DNA of 45,448 nucleotides from NCBI GenBank assembly GCA_043742625.1, contig JAYTYD010000029.1, positions 1 through 45,448 on the forward strand. The letters run 5' to 3'. The position numbers were made by a program, and so were the translations under genes. This DNA is from Methylovirgula sp. GTDB taxonomy: Bacteria > Pseudomonadota > Alphaproteobacteria > Rhizobiales > Beijerinckiaceae. The notes beneath the pieces are model-generated. The model saw nothing but the letters and a program-made list of their open reading frames with translations, was not told the origin of the DNA and searched no databases. The stretch's first letter is position 1. Each line of letters opens with the position of its first letter. Below, piece by piece: positions 8,367 through 18,150 of this stretch.

Positions 8367-10178
8367 TTATTTGCGCCCGAAAAGGCGCTCAATATCGGCC
8401 AATTTCAACGCTATGTAGGTGGGACGTCCATGGTTACACTGTCCTGAACCGGGCGTTCGTTCCATGTCACGGAGCAGGGCATGCATTTCTTCGGGCCGCA
8501 TCCGGCGGCCGGCCCTCACCGAATGGTGACAAGCCATCGTTGCCAAAACATTATTGAGCTTCCGCTCCATGCTCAGAGTACCGTCCTCGCTCAACGTTTG
8601 CGCAATATCCCTGATTTGAAGCGCGATATTACCTTCCTTCACCGCGGCCGGAACCTCTCGGACAGCCACAGCGCCAACGCCAAAGCTGTCGACACTCAAA
8701 CCAAGGGTCTCCAACGCGGCGGCGTTCTCAAGCAGAATCTTGATCTCCCATTCATCCAGCTCGACAATTTCCGGAATCAACAAAACCTGCCGCGTTATCA
8801 TTCCCTTAGCCCGCTGCGCTTTCATCCGCTCATACACCAGCCGTTCATGCGCGGCATGTTGGTCCACAATCACCAGGCCGTCTGTGGTTTGCGCAATCAA
8901 ATAGGTGTCATGGACCTGCGCTTTCACCGCGCCCAGTGGCAAAAAAAACGCCCCTTCCTCTGCAATATCGGCGCGCATATCCGCCGAGGCTGGCATATCA
9001 AACGCGCTTTGGCCATCTTCTGCAAAGCCCGCGCTATAATTCGCCATGGCCTGTGGCGCATTTGAAAATATAAAATCTGGGCGTTGATGTGATGCACTAA
9101 CCTGAGACGCCAAAACCTTCAACGCCCGATCTCCGCCGGTGGAGGTTGCCCTGTGCATCGCCCCTGCCAATACCTGCCGCAGAGCCCCTACAATCAGCCC
9201 TCGCACCAATCCGGCATCTTTAAACCGGACTTCGGCCTTGGCCGGATGCACGTTAACGTCGACAAAATGCGGATCACAATCAACAAATAAAGCCACAACC
9301 GGATGGCGGTTCGACGGTAAATAATCCATATAGGCCGCCCGAACGGCGCCATTTAACAACCGGTCTTTCACGGGGCGTCCGTTAACAAACAAATATTGAA
9401 CTTGGGCATTGGCGCGGTGAAATGTGGGTAGGCCGACGAAACCTGAGAGCGACAATCCTTCACGGTGCGCGTCCACCTGCAGCGCATTGGCCCGAAAATC
9501 TGCTCCAAGCACCTGCCCAAGGCGTTGCAAATGCGCGCCCTGTGACGTGCAGCCGGGAGACGTGCGCCCCGGAGACGTGCAGGCCGGATAGTTTATCGCG
9601 CTGAAACCATCCCCCGACAATGCAAATGCCGCATAGGGATGGGCCATCGCCAGCCGCTTGACCACGTCCACCACAGCCAAAGCCTCGGCGCGTTCCGATT
9701 TTAGGAACTTTAACCGGGCCGGAGTAGCGCTAAACAAATCACGCACCTCAACCTTGGTTCCGCCATTGGCTCCCGCCGGGCGCACCGCTTGCTGGATACC
9801 ACCCTCCACTACAATTGCGTGGCCAAGATCAGACCCGCGCGCCTTCGTTGTCACTTCTAAAAACGACACAGAGCCTATCGACGGCAACGCCTCACCGCGA
9901 AAACCCAATGTTGCAATATGCGATAAATCACCATCAGGAATTTTGGACGTGGCATGACGCTCTACCGCCAGCGCTAGATCTGCTGCGCTCATGCCTTTGC
10001 CGTCATCAACCACCCGGATAAGCTCACATCCGCCGCGTCCCAGCACGATCTCAATGCGCTTGGCTTCGGCATCGAGCGCGTTTTCAACCAACTCTTTCAC
10101 AACCGAAGCAGGCCGTTCCACAACCTCGCCCGCAGCAATGCGGTCAATCAAAATCGGATCAAGGCGGCGAACGGACAT
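8367..10178 (-). CDS. mutL: DNA mismatch repair protein MutL
   Basis: MSVRRLDPILIDRIAAGEVVERPASVVKELVENALDA..., DDGKGM, ...GFRGEALPSI..., and a C-terminal ...QHAAHERLVYE...CHHSVRAG...CNHGRPT endonuclease-type region. ATG 10178 is preferred over GTG 10190. Confidence 0.95.
   Translation of the reverse strand: MSVRRLDPILIDRIAAGEVVERPASVVKELVENALDAEAKRIEIVLGRGGCELIRVVDDGKGMSAADLALAVERHATSKIPDGDLSHIATLGFRGEALPSIGSVSFLEVTTKARGSDLGHAIVVEGGIQQAVRPAGANGGTKVEVRDLFSATPARLKFLKSERAEALAVVDVVKRLAMAHPYAAFALSGDGFSAINYPACTSPGRTSPGCTSQGAHLQRLGQVLGADFRANALQVDAHREGLSLSGFVGLPTFHRANAQVQYLFVNGRPVKDRLLNGAVRAAYMDYLPSNRHPVVALFVDCDPHFVDVNVHPAKAEVRFKDAGLVRGLIVGALRQVLAGAMHRATSTGGDRALKVLASQVSASHQRPDFIFSNAPQAMANYSAGFAEDGQSAFDMPASADMRADIAEEGAFFLPLGAVKAQVHDTYLIAQTTDGLVIVDQHAAHERLVYERMKAQRAKGMITRQVLLIPEIVELDEWEIKILLENAAALETLGLSVDSFGVGAVAVREVPAAVKEGNIALQIRDIAQTLSEDGTLSMERKLNNVLATMACHHSVRAGRRMRPEEMHALLRDMERTPGSGQCNHGRPTYIALKLADIERLFGRK
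9543..9587. repeat. In-frame 15-bp tandem repeat x3 inside mutL
   Basis: gtgacgtgcagccgg / gagacgtgcgccccg / gagacgtgcaggccg on the plus strand. It encodes CTSPG-RTSPG-CTSQG in MutL. Confidence 0.85.
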
Positions 10179-10210
10179 AGCGGCAATCACAAGATGTAAT
10201 AAGAAATTAT

Positions 10211-11482
10211 CTAAACGCCTTGCGGTTTGCCGGCCATAGTCACCAGCAGCTTTTTACCGTCGAATAGCCGCTTGGCCACAGTTTTCGCGCTTTCCATCTC
10301 CACGCCGTCGATCATCGCGTTGCGCTCATCAAGATAGCTTGGCTCGAAGCCCTCAGACTGTAAATTGTTGAGCTGGCTGGCTATCTTGCTCGAAGTATCA
10401 AAACGCAGCGCGTAAGAGCCGGTGAGATATTTCTTGGCTGAAACCAATTCCTCCTCAGTGGGGCCGTCTGCTGCCATTTTGGCAATTTCGTCCTCGATCA
10501 CGGATAGGCTTTCCATCGCCCGTTCATTCTTGGTTGAGGTACTGCCAATGAACAACGCACTATGTTTCGACGTCGACAACGACGTATGAACCGAATAGGC
10601 CAGACCGCGCTTCTCGCGCACCTCACGGAACAACCGCGCCGAGAACACGCCGCCACCCAAAATATGATTGACCACAAAACCGGGAACATGATCAGGATCT
10701 TTGCGGCCAATGCCTGCCATGCCAAACTGAATTGTGGCTTGCGGCACCTCAACGTCAATAATTTTACGCGCACCCAAATTATGTAAACCAGCGTCTTTCA
10801 CAGCGGCGCGTTTGCCCTTTTCCGGCCATGCGCCAAACACCGCATCAAGATACTTGCTCAAATCTGAAGCGGAAATAGCCCCCACAACCGCGATGTGTAA
10901 GCTATCCCGCGCGAAACAGCCTCGCCGCAGTTGATCAAGATCCCCACGTTTCAGTCCGGCAATGCTGTCAAGGGTGCCGTCCGAGGCGCGCGAATAGGCG
11001 TGTTCGGCGTAGGCCAACTCCCGCCACGCTTCATTGGCCAAATGATGGGGATCATGCGCATCGCGCTTTATGCCTGCCACCATTTGCGAACGCACCCGCT
11101 CAAGCGGCTCTTTGGCCAGCGTTGCGTCGTTCAATGCCAGTTTCAGCAGATCAAACGACGGAGCAAAATGCTTTGTCAGCACACGCATTCGCCCTGAGAA
11201 ATAATCATAGCCCGCGCCAAATGACATCTCGATGGCATAATTATCGAGCTGTTCGTGAAAGCCTTCAGAGTCATATTGCCCTGAACCCTCATCAAGCAAC
11301 CCGGCCAACATGCCTGCCGAACCCGCTTTGCCGATTTTATCCTGCGCCGCACCGCCGTCGACACAAAACTCCACCGCAATCAACGGCACTGCGTAGTCTT
11401 CCACCAGCCAAGCACTGATGCCTTTTGCAGTCAAAATTTGCTGAACCGTCGACGCACGCGATTTCACTTTTACATCAGACAT
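10211..11482 (-). CDS. M16-family peptidase, non-catalytic partner subunit (lacks HxxEH)
   Basis: 423 aa with an M16 fold-like sequence (…FSARLFREVREKRGLAYSV…). There is no zinc motif where the partner has one. Confidence 0.85.
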   Translation of the reverse strand: MSDVKVKSRASTVQQILTAKGISAWLVEDYAVPLIAVEFCVDGGAAQDKIGKAGSAGMLAGLLDEGSGQYDSEGFHEQLDNYAIEMSFGAGYDYFSGRMRVLTKHFAPSFDLLKLALNDATLAKEPLERVRSQMVAGIKRDAHDPHHLANEAWRELAYAEHAYSRASDGTLDSIAGLKRGDLDQLRRGCFARDSLHIAVVGAISASDLSKYLDAVFGAWPEKGKRAAVKDAGLHNLGARKIIDVEVPQATIQFGMAGIGRKDPDHVPGFVVNHILGGGVFSARLFREVREKRGLAYSVHTSLSTSKHSALFIGSTSTKNERAMESLSVIEDEIAKMAADGPTEEELVSAKKYLTGSYALRFDTSSKIASQLNNLQSEGFEPSYLDERNAMIDGVEMESAKTVAKRLFDGKKLLVTMAGKPQGV

Positions 11483-11516
11483 TAAAGTTCCAATTCGTTG
11501 TTTTTAAACTTATGTT

Positions 11517-12866
11517 TTAGGCCGCCGGAAGCAGGAAACCTGTCACAGAGCGTGCCGTATCCAGATATTTCACCGCCGCCGCCTGAATATCGGCAGGCCT
11601 CAACGCCTCAATCCGCTCCGGCCAATGTTGAATATCGTCAACGCTCTGGCCGGTTGTCAGCGCCACCCCATACCACCGCGCCAGCTCTGTCTGGTTGTCC
11701 CGAGAATAAATCGCGTCGGCGACAAGTCGGGTTTTTGCGCGGTCAAGATCACCCTCATTGATGCCCTTGGCAAAAACATCCGCCAAAACCAGGTTAATCG
11801 CGATTTCCAGCGCTTCCAGCGTCACACCTTCAGTGGGCATCGCATAAATAAAGAAGCGGGTGTCATCAAGTGCCTGCCCCCAGTAATAGGCCCCTGCTGC
11901 AACAGCAATCTTTTGCTCAACCACCAGTGCCTTGTAAAGAATACTGGTCGGCCCGCCGCCCAACACATGCGCCAAAACCTCCAAGGCTTCTCCGGTCTGG
12001 CCCCCCCCCGTTGTGTAAGACGGAACCAGATACACGCGCTGATGGCTTGGTTGTTCAACCTTTTCATCGCGCAAGGTCACCAACCGGTGTGCCCGTGCGG
12101 CCGGTTCCTTGGCACGTTTGCGTTGCGGTGCTTGACCCCGCGCAGCAATTAAGCCGTATGTTGCTTCGGCAAGCCGCTTCACCTCCGCTTCGGTCACGTC
12201 ACCCGCCACAATCAAAACTGCGTTTTCGGGTGTGTAAAACCGGTGATAATAATCGAGCGCGTCCGAGCGCCCAAGATCTTCAATCTCATGACCCCAACCG
12301 ATCACCGGCGTGCCATAGGGGTGGCGCGTAAACAACGCCGCCTGCACCGCTTCATTCAATTCGGATGCCGGGTCAGAGTCGGTGCGCATACGCCGCTCTT
12401 CCAAAACCACGTCGCGCTCAGGAGCCACCACTTCATCGGTAAGCTGCAGGTTGATCATGCGATCAGCCTCAAGCTCCATCATTTTGCCGAGGTGCTCTTT
12501 AGCTATTCGCTGATAGTAGGCGGTGAAGTCATTTGACGTGAAAGCATTCTCTTGCCCGCCAAGCTCGGCTACGAGATCAGAAAACGCGCCCAAAGGGTTT
12601 TTCGCTGTCCCTTTGAACATCAAATGCTCAAGAAAATGCGCAATTCCGGATTTGGCAATCGGATCATCAGCCGACCCGTTACGATACCAGATCATGTGGG
12701 TTACGATGGGAGCACGCAAATCTGGAATTACCACCACCTCCAGCCCGTTGGCGAGGTGGAAATGAGAAATTCCCGGAACCGATGCGGCACTGGCTTCAGC
12801 GCCTTGCGGCGTGAGCCCCAGCGGCAAATTAACAGTAATCGTACCTGAAGCCCGTAACGTCGCCAT
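11517..12866 (-). CDS. M16-family zinc peptidase (pitrilysin-like), catalytic subunit
   Basis: The inverted zinc motif HFLEHLMFKG is present, along with ...LDYYHRFYTPENAVLIVAGDV.... The track start at 12917 is a TTG. ATG 12866 (MATLRAS...) is the first ATG. Confidence 0.88.
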   Translation of the reverse strand: MATLRASGTITVNLPLGLTPQGAEASAASVPGISHFHLANGLEVVVIPDLRAPIVTHMIWYRNGSADDPIAKSGIAHFLEHLMFKGTAKNPLGAFSDLVAELGGQENAFTSNDFTAYYQRIAKEHLGKMMELEADRMINLQLTDEVVAPERDVVLEERRMRTDSDPASELNEAVQAALFTRHPYGTPVIGWGHEIEDLGRSDALDYYHRFYTPENAVLIVAGDVTEAEVKRLAEATYGLIAARGQAPQRKRAKEPAARAHRLVTLRDEKVEQPSHQRVYLVPSYTTGGGQTGEALEVLAHVLGGGPTSILYKALVVEQKIAVAAGAYYWGQALDDTRFFIYAMPTEGVTLEALEIAINLVLADVFAKGINEGDLDRAKTRLVADAIYSRDNQTELARWYGVALTTGQSVDDIQHWPERIEALRPADIQAAAVKYLDTARSVTGFLLPAA

Positions 12867-12948
12867 GAATGTTTCCGCCCTGAAAAGAGACCCGCAAAAG
12901 GGGTTGTTTTTCAGCAATATAAGGCGGAGCAGGGCGCTTTGTCAGCAC

Positions 12949-13116
12949 CTATGCGACAATAAAGTGAAAAAGGTTAAACATGATGAACGCCAGCGCAGCA
13001 ATCGCCACCACCAAAAGCGACATTGTGAACTGTTGCTGGGCTACGCCAGCCATCGGCGCAAAATTATAGCCTGACTGGTTGGCTTGGACTGCGCCGAGCT
13101 TTTTACGATTGACCAT
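12949..13116 (-). CDS. Small hypothetical membrane protein, 55 aa (below the ORF-track size cut-off)
   Basis: My translation is MVNRKKLGAVQANQSGYNFAPMAGVAQQQFTMSLLVVAIAALAFIMFNLFHFIVA*. AGGAG lies 7 nt upstream of ATG 13116. It has one C-terminal hydrophobic helix and is co-oriented with the M16 genes. Confidence 0.45.
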   Translation of the reverse strand: MVNRKKLGAVQANQSGYNFAPMAGVAQQQFTMSLLVVAIAALAFIMFNLFHFIVA

Positions 13117-13424
13117 GATGTGCTCCTATAAAACCTCTAACGCGACAAAACCAAATAAGGTTCCCGTTTGCTGTGCGCTTCAACACATCAACTACGGTTC
13201 ACATTGAAACAAGTTTCATAAAACCACCCGTTACAACCCCGTTCATAGTGCAAGGCAGGGTTACAAAGGCCGTAAGGAAAGCGAATACGAAAGCGGAATA
13301 TCCACCTAATTTTGCATTACCAAATTTTGCTTTAATTGTTGCGCCATGCGCCGCGTGAAACTATTGTCTCGCCGTAATTAAACGCCGTCATACACTCATC
13401 ACTTGTAGGTTCTGGAGACTTTAA

Positions 13425-14624
<1,200 letters not shown>

Positions 14625-14627
<3 letters not shown>

Positions 14628-14728
14628 AGCATATCACGCAAAGGTGCGTGGCGGCTTTGCGAAAATGATATGCGTTGTCAGAGACATGGAAGAGCAATTT
14701 GCATCTGTCAAGCGTTGAATTTCGCTAG
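14625..14728. repeat. Intergenic mosaic repeat, copy B; begins exactly at the aatA stop codon
   Basis: Aligns with 8122-8226. The arms of hairpin 1 are identical while its loop differs (agtgtgtagcgg versus ggtgcgtggcggc). Hairpin 2 is partly decayed. Confidence 0.85.
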
Positions 14729-14770
14729 GCACCCAAGCCTGCGGTAGGCACCCAAGCCTACGCTAGGCAC
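14726..14770. repeat. 19-bp tandem repeat, about 2.4 copies (taggcacccaagcct[g/a]cg[g/c])
   Basis: Units at 14726-14744 and 14745-14763, with a partial unit at 14764-14770. Each unit contains the small palindrome aggc...gcct. Confidence 0.8.
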
Positions 14771-14825
14771 TCGAGTGTTAAATCAGCTCTGCCGACCAGC
14801 GCCTGAAGGTAAGCTCCGGGGGCAA

Positions 14826-15743
14826 TTACTCCTTGGGCCGCAACGGGTGCAATGGCGCATCATGCGGGTGCAGCAGGAACCGCCGCGCGATTTCACCGTA
14901 GCCTTGATAGACCAATCCGCCATTTTCCCGCAGAAGCCGGGTGCGATTTGCGCGATACCAAGCCGGAATGGCATACCACGGCATGGTTGGGTCTTCATGA
15001 TGGGCCGAGTGTAAATTGTTGTAGAGAAACAGCCAGCCGAATATCCCGGCGTTTTCAACGATGGCCGTTCGTTCTTTTTGCGCATCTGCAGCGCGGTGTT
15101 CGGCAAACGACCGCAACAACATCAGTGATGTTGCCGGATAGACGATGCCCAAGACATAAAACACCATATTTATTTTACAGACATAAATCAGCCAAAACAA
15201 AATCAGCCCGGTTGGCACCCCATGCCCCACCCAAGACCCGCGCGCCACAACCGGCTTGGATTTCAGCGCGCGCATTTCCGCTCCGATAAAACGCGGAATA
15301 ATCCATAACGGCCCCAATAAAAGCCGTCCCAGCAAAGTGGTTTGCGCCCGCACCATTGTTTCCTGCCATGGCTTTAATGCCGCCCAGTGCTCTGCGCTCC
15401 AATAGTAGCTTTCCGGGTCATCAAACGGGTCGGTCAGGCGCTCGTCGCGGTGATGCAGCAAGTGTGTTAGCCGATAGGTTTCGTACGGCAGCCATAGAAT
15501 AAGTGAAAAAGACGCCATCCATCGATTTAGCTGACGCCATTTTGTCGGGTGACCGTGCAAAATCTCGTGCTGCAAAGATGTTTGCCACGCCACCAGCCAC
15601 GCGCCCAAAGGCGCTAAAACCCACCAAGGCAAAGCAAAAGAAAAATAAGTCAGCAGCAGCCAAGATCCGAAAATGCCAACTGCCAACCACACGGTCGGCC
15701 ATTCCACGCTGGCGCGCGATCGAATAGCATTTTGGGCGCTCAC
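14826..15743 (-). CDS. Membrane fatty-acid desaturase family protein
   Basis: Three histidine boxes: HEILHGH, HLLHH(RD) and HSAHHE. Several hydrophobic segments. The longest ORF starts at TTG 15779. GTG 15743 is preceded by GAAGGAAC at good spacing. Confidence 0.85.
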   Translation of the reverse strand: MSAQNAIRSRASVEWPTVWLAVGIFGSWLLLTYFSFALPWWVLAPLGAWLVAWQTSLQHEILHGHPTKWRQLNRWMASFSLILWLPYETYRLTHLLHHRDERLTDPFDDPESYYWSAEHWAALKPWQETMVRAQTTLLGRLLLGPLWIIPRFIGAEMRALKSKPVVARGSWVGHGVPTGLILFWLIYVCKINMVFYVLGIVYPATSLMLLRSFAEHRAADAQKERTAIVENAGIFGWLFLYNNLHSAHHEDPTMPWYAIPAWYRANRTRLLRENGGLVYQGYGEIARRFLLHPHDAPLHPLRPKE

Positions 15744-15905
15744 GCTTTTAGGTTCCTTCTGCTGCTCAGATGCGTACAAAGCACCAAGAAAATCTGAACG
15801 ATTTGCATTTTTTACTGAATTGCCAATATCCTGAATACGGGTGTAAGACTCATATGAAATTTATGTCCTCAGGCGGTAACGTGTTATGGTGCACGGGGTA
15901 GCCAT

Positions 15906-16919
15906 ATGACAGACAGACCAGTCCAATCCACCATGGCAGACGTCGCGCGCCTTGCAGGCGTTTCGGCGATGACAGTTTCACGCGCCTTGCGACCGGACTC
16001 AGCCATTGCCACGGGCACACGGGCGCGCATTTTCCGGATAATTGAAGAAATCGGCTACGTACCGGACATGACGGCAGGCGGACTTTCCTCCCGCAAATCC
16101 GGCTTTATCGCTGCCCTCGTCCCCACCATCAACAATTCAAATTTCGCTGATACCGCGCGCGGGCTTACCGAGGTGCTCTCCGCAGCAGGATTGCAGCTTT
16201 TGCTCGGCTACACCGATTACTCGCTGGACCGTGAGGAAGCCTTGATCGAGGCGATGCTGCGCCGTAGACCCGAGGGGGTCATGCTTACCGGTGGCACCCA
16301 TAGTGAGCGCACGCGGCGTCTGCTTAAAAATGCCCACATTCCAGTGGTTGAGACATGGGACCTGCCAGCCGAACCTATCAATTATGTTGTGGGCTTTTCC
16401 AATGCCGAAGCCACAAACGCCATGGTGCACCATTTGCATCAACGAGGTTACCGAGAAATTGGTTTCATTGGCGGCGGCAGCACAGCCGATACGCGTGGCT
16501 CTGATCGTCTCATGGGTTATGTCGCGGCTATTGACAAATTGAGACTTCCCGCAGGGCGCGTCACAACTTACGGCCTGCCACCCATTTCCATTGAACACGG
16601 CGGCGAGGCACTCACCATGCTGATTTCTGCTTGGCCAAATGTCGATGCGGTTGTGTGCGTCTCTGATCTTTCAGCTTTTGGTGCCTTGAGCGAATGTCAC
16701 CGCCGTGGTTTAAAAGTCCCGCAGCAGATTGCCATTGCCGGATTTGGTGATTTTGACCTGTCGCGTTGGTGCTGGCCCAAGCTCACCACCGTGGAGGTGG
16801 ACTGCATGGGCATCGGCCGTCGTACCGGTGAAATTCTGCTCGAAGCGCTGAAAACGCCTGCTGCCGCGCCGCGCGTGGAGCGCCTGCCGTTTACGATTGT
16901 CCAGCGCGAAACCAGTTAA
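15906..16919 (+). CDS. LacI-family transcriptional regulator
   Basis: MADVARLAGVSAMTVSRALR is the HTH. It is followed by a periplasmic-binding-protein-like effector domain. 337 aa. Confidence 0.92.
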   Translation: MTDRPVQSTMADVARLAGVSAMTVSRALRPDSAIATGTRARIFRIIEEIGYVPDMTAGGLSSRKSGFIAALVPTINNSNFADTARGLTEVLSAAGLQLLLGYTDYSLDREEALIEAMLRRRPEGVMLTGGTHSERTRRLLKNAHIPVVETWDLPAEPINYVVGFSNAEATNAMVHHLHQRGYREIGFIGGGSTADTRGSDRLMGYVAAIDKLRLPAGRVTTYGLPPISIEHGGEALTMLISAWPNVDAVVCVSDLSAFGALSECHRRGLKVPQQIAIAGFGDFDLSRWCWPKLTTVEVDCMGIGRRTGEILLEALKTPAAAPRVERLPFTIVQRETS

Positions 16920-16971
16920 GAATTATTTCATCGCCATGTCGATAAGCCCGGTTGCGGAACTTTTAATTTAC

Positions 16972-16989
16972 AGTTACGTTATCGATAAC
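16972..16989. promoter_or_regulatory. LacI-type operator: perfect 12-bp palindrome GTTATCGATAAC (16978-16989) with an extended left arm
   Basis: Lies between the LacI stop (16919) and the permease gene. 16972-16987 is the reverse complement of 4405-4420. Confidence 0.55.
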
Positions 16990-17042
16990 AAGCGGTAATG
17001 CATGAATTTTGCCGGACAAAAAAAGCGATAGGGAGAGATTTT

Positions 17043-18128
17043 TTGGCATCATCTGTCCGATCCACGGCCCTTGAACCGACTTCTGGTGAGCTTAAAGATC
17101 TCAGCAGCTTCGACAAGCTTAAGCGTCTCCTTCCCACCTATGGTTTGGTAATCCTAACGCTTGCTCTGGGTGTGATGTTCTCACTCTTGTTGCCTGATAC
17201 ATTTCCAACACTGCTTAATCTACGTTCGATCATCTCTGATAAGGCCATCATCGCCATCCTGTCGCTCGCTGCGATGATCCCGATGGTGACCGGCAAAATC
17301 GATCTTACCATCGGCTATGGAATTGTGCTGTGGCATATTCTGGCCATTTCCCTGCAAACCATGTTTGGCATTCCGTGGCCTGTTGCCGTGCTTATTGTTC
17401 TACTTCTGGGAGCCGCTGTTGGCTTTCTCAACGGGTTGCTGGTCGAGGTGGCACAAATTGACAGTTTCATCGCCACACTTGGCACCGGCACAATTCTCTA
17501 TGCGCTCGCGATGTGGCACTCCAAGGGCCGCCAAGTCATCGGCATTTTGCCTGAAGGCTTTCTAAACCTTACCTCCAACGAATTTTTAGGCGTGCCGCTG
17601 CCCGTCACCGGCGTCTATGTGCTGGTTCTGGCCTTTTCGCTCTGGGCCGCGCTCGAATATCTGCCCATTGGCCGCTATTTTTACGCCATCGGAGCGAATC
17701 CGAAAGCCGCAAGCCTCAACGGTATTCCGGTTCAAAAATACACTATGCTGGCATTCACTGCCTCTGGCACACTTTCGGCTTTGGCAGGCATTTTGCTGGC
17801 GTCCAAACTTCGCATCGGTCAGGCCAGCGTTGGCTTGGAGTTCTTACTGCCTGCTTTGGTCGGAGCCTTTTTGGGCTCAACCACTATTAAGCCCGGGCGC
17901 GTTAATGTCTGGGGCACGATGATCGGCGTCACCATTCTCGCCATCGGCATTTCAGGCATTCAACAATTTGGCGGTTCTTTTTGGGTAGAGCCCATGTTCA
18001 ACGGCTGCACTCTGCTGATCGCCATCGGTATTGCGGGTTATGCACAGCGCAAGCGCATATCTGCGATTAAAGCAACCTCTGCAAAACCGGCGGAAACAAA
18101 GCCAGCGGAGAGTAAACCGGCGGCTTAG
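17043..18128 (+). CDS. Sugar ABC transporter permease (RbsC/CUT2-type, single polytopic subunit)
   Basis: Multiple TM segments and ...GKIDLTIGYGIVL..., typical of this family. GGGAGAG (17031-17037) precedes TTG 17043. The longest ORF begins at ATG 16998, immediately after the operator. Confidence 0.88.
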   Translation: MASSVRSTALEPTSGELKDLSSFDKLKRLLPTYGLVILTLALGVMFSLLLPDTFPTLLNLRSIISDKAIIAILSLAAMIPMVTGKIDLTIGYGIVLWHILAISLQTMFGIPWPVAVLIVLLLGAAVGFLNGLLVEVAQIDSFIATLGTGTILYALAMWHSKGRQVIGILPEGFLNLTSNEFLGVPLPVTGVYVLVLAFSLWAALEYLPIGRYFYAIGANPKAASLNGIPVQKYTMLAFTASGTLSALAGILLASKLRIGQASVGLEFLLPALVGAFLGSTTIKPGRVNVWGTMIGVTILAIGISGIQQFGGSFWVEPMFNGCTLLIAIGIAGYAQRKRISAIKATSAKPAETKPAESKPAA

Positions 18129-18150
18129 TCCGTCAAACAGGGAGAGAAAC

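Noticed and set aside
11625-12536. Plus-strand ORFs of 175, 153 and 97 aa inside the M16 peptidase gene
   Set aside because: They are antisense to a gene with an intact HxxEH peptidase signature. Their composition is low-complexity and Arg/Pro-rich.
18031-18150. Upstream extensions of track ORFs (SBP from 18031, manC-type from 20814, DUF1003 from 33582, Ala/Pro-rich protein from 35833, PIN from 23628, antitoxin from 23393)
   Set aside because: The extensions overlap neighbouring genes or lack ribosome-binding sites. Internal ATG starts with good Shine-Dalgarno spacing give canonical N-termini or signal peptides.
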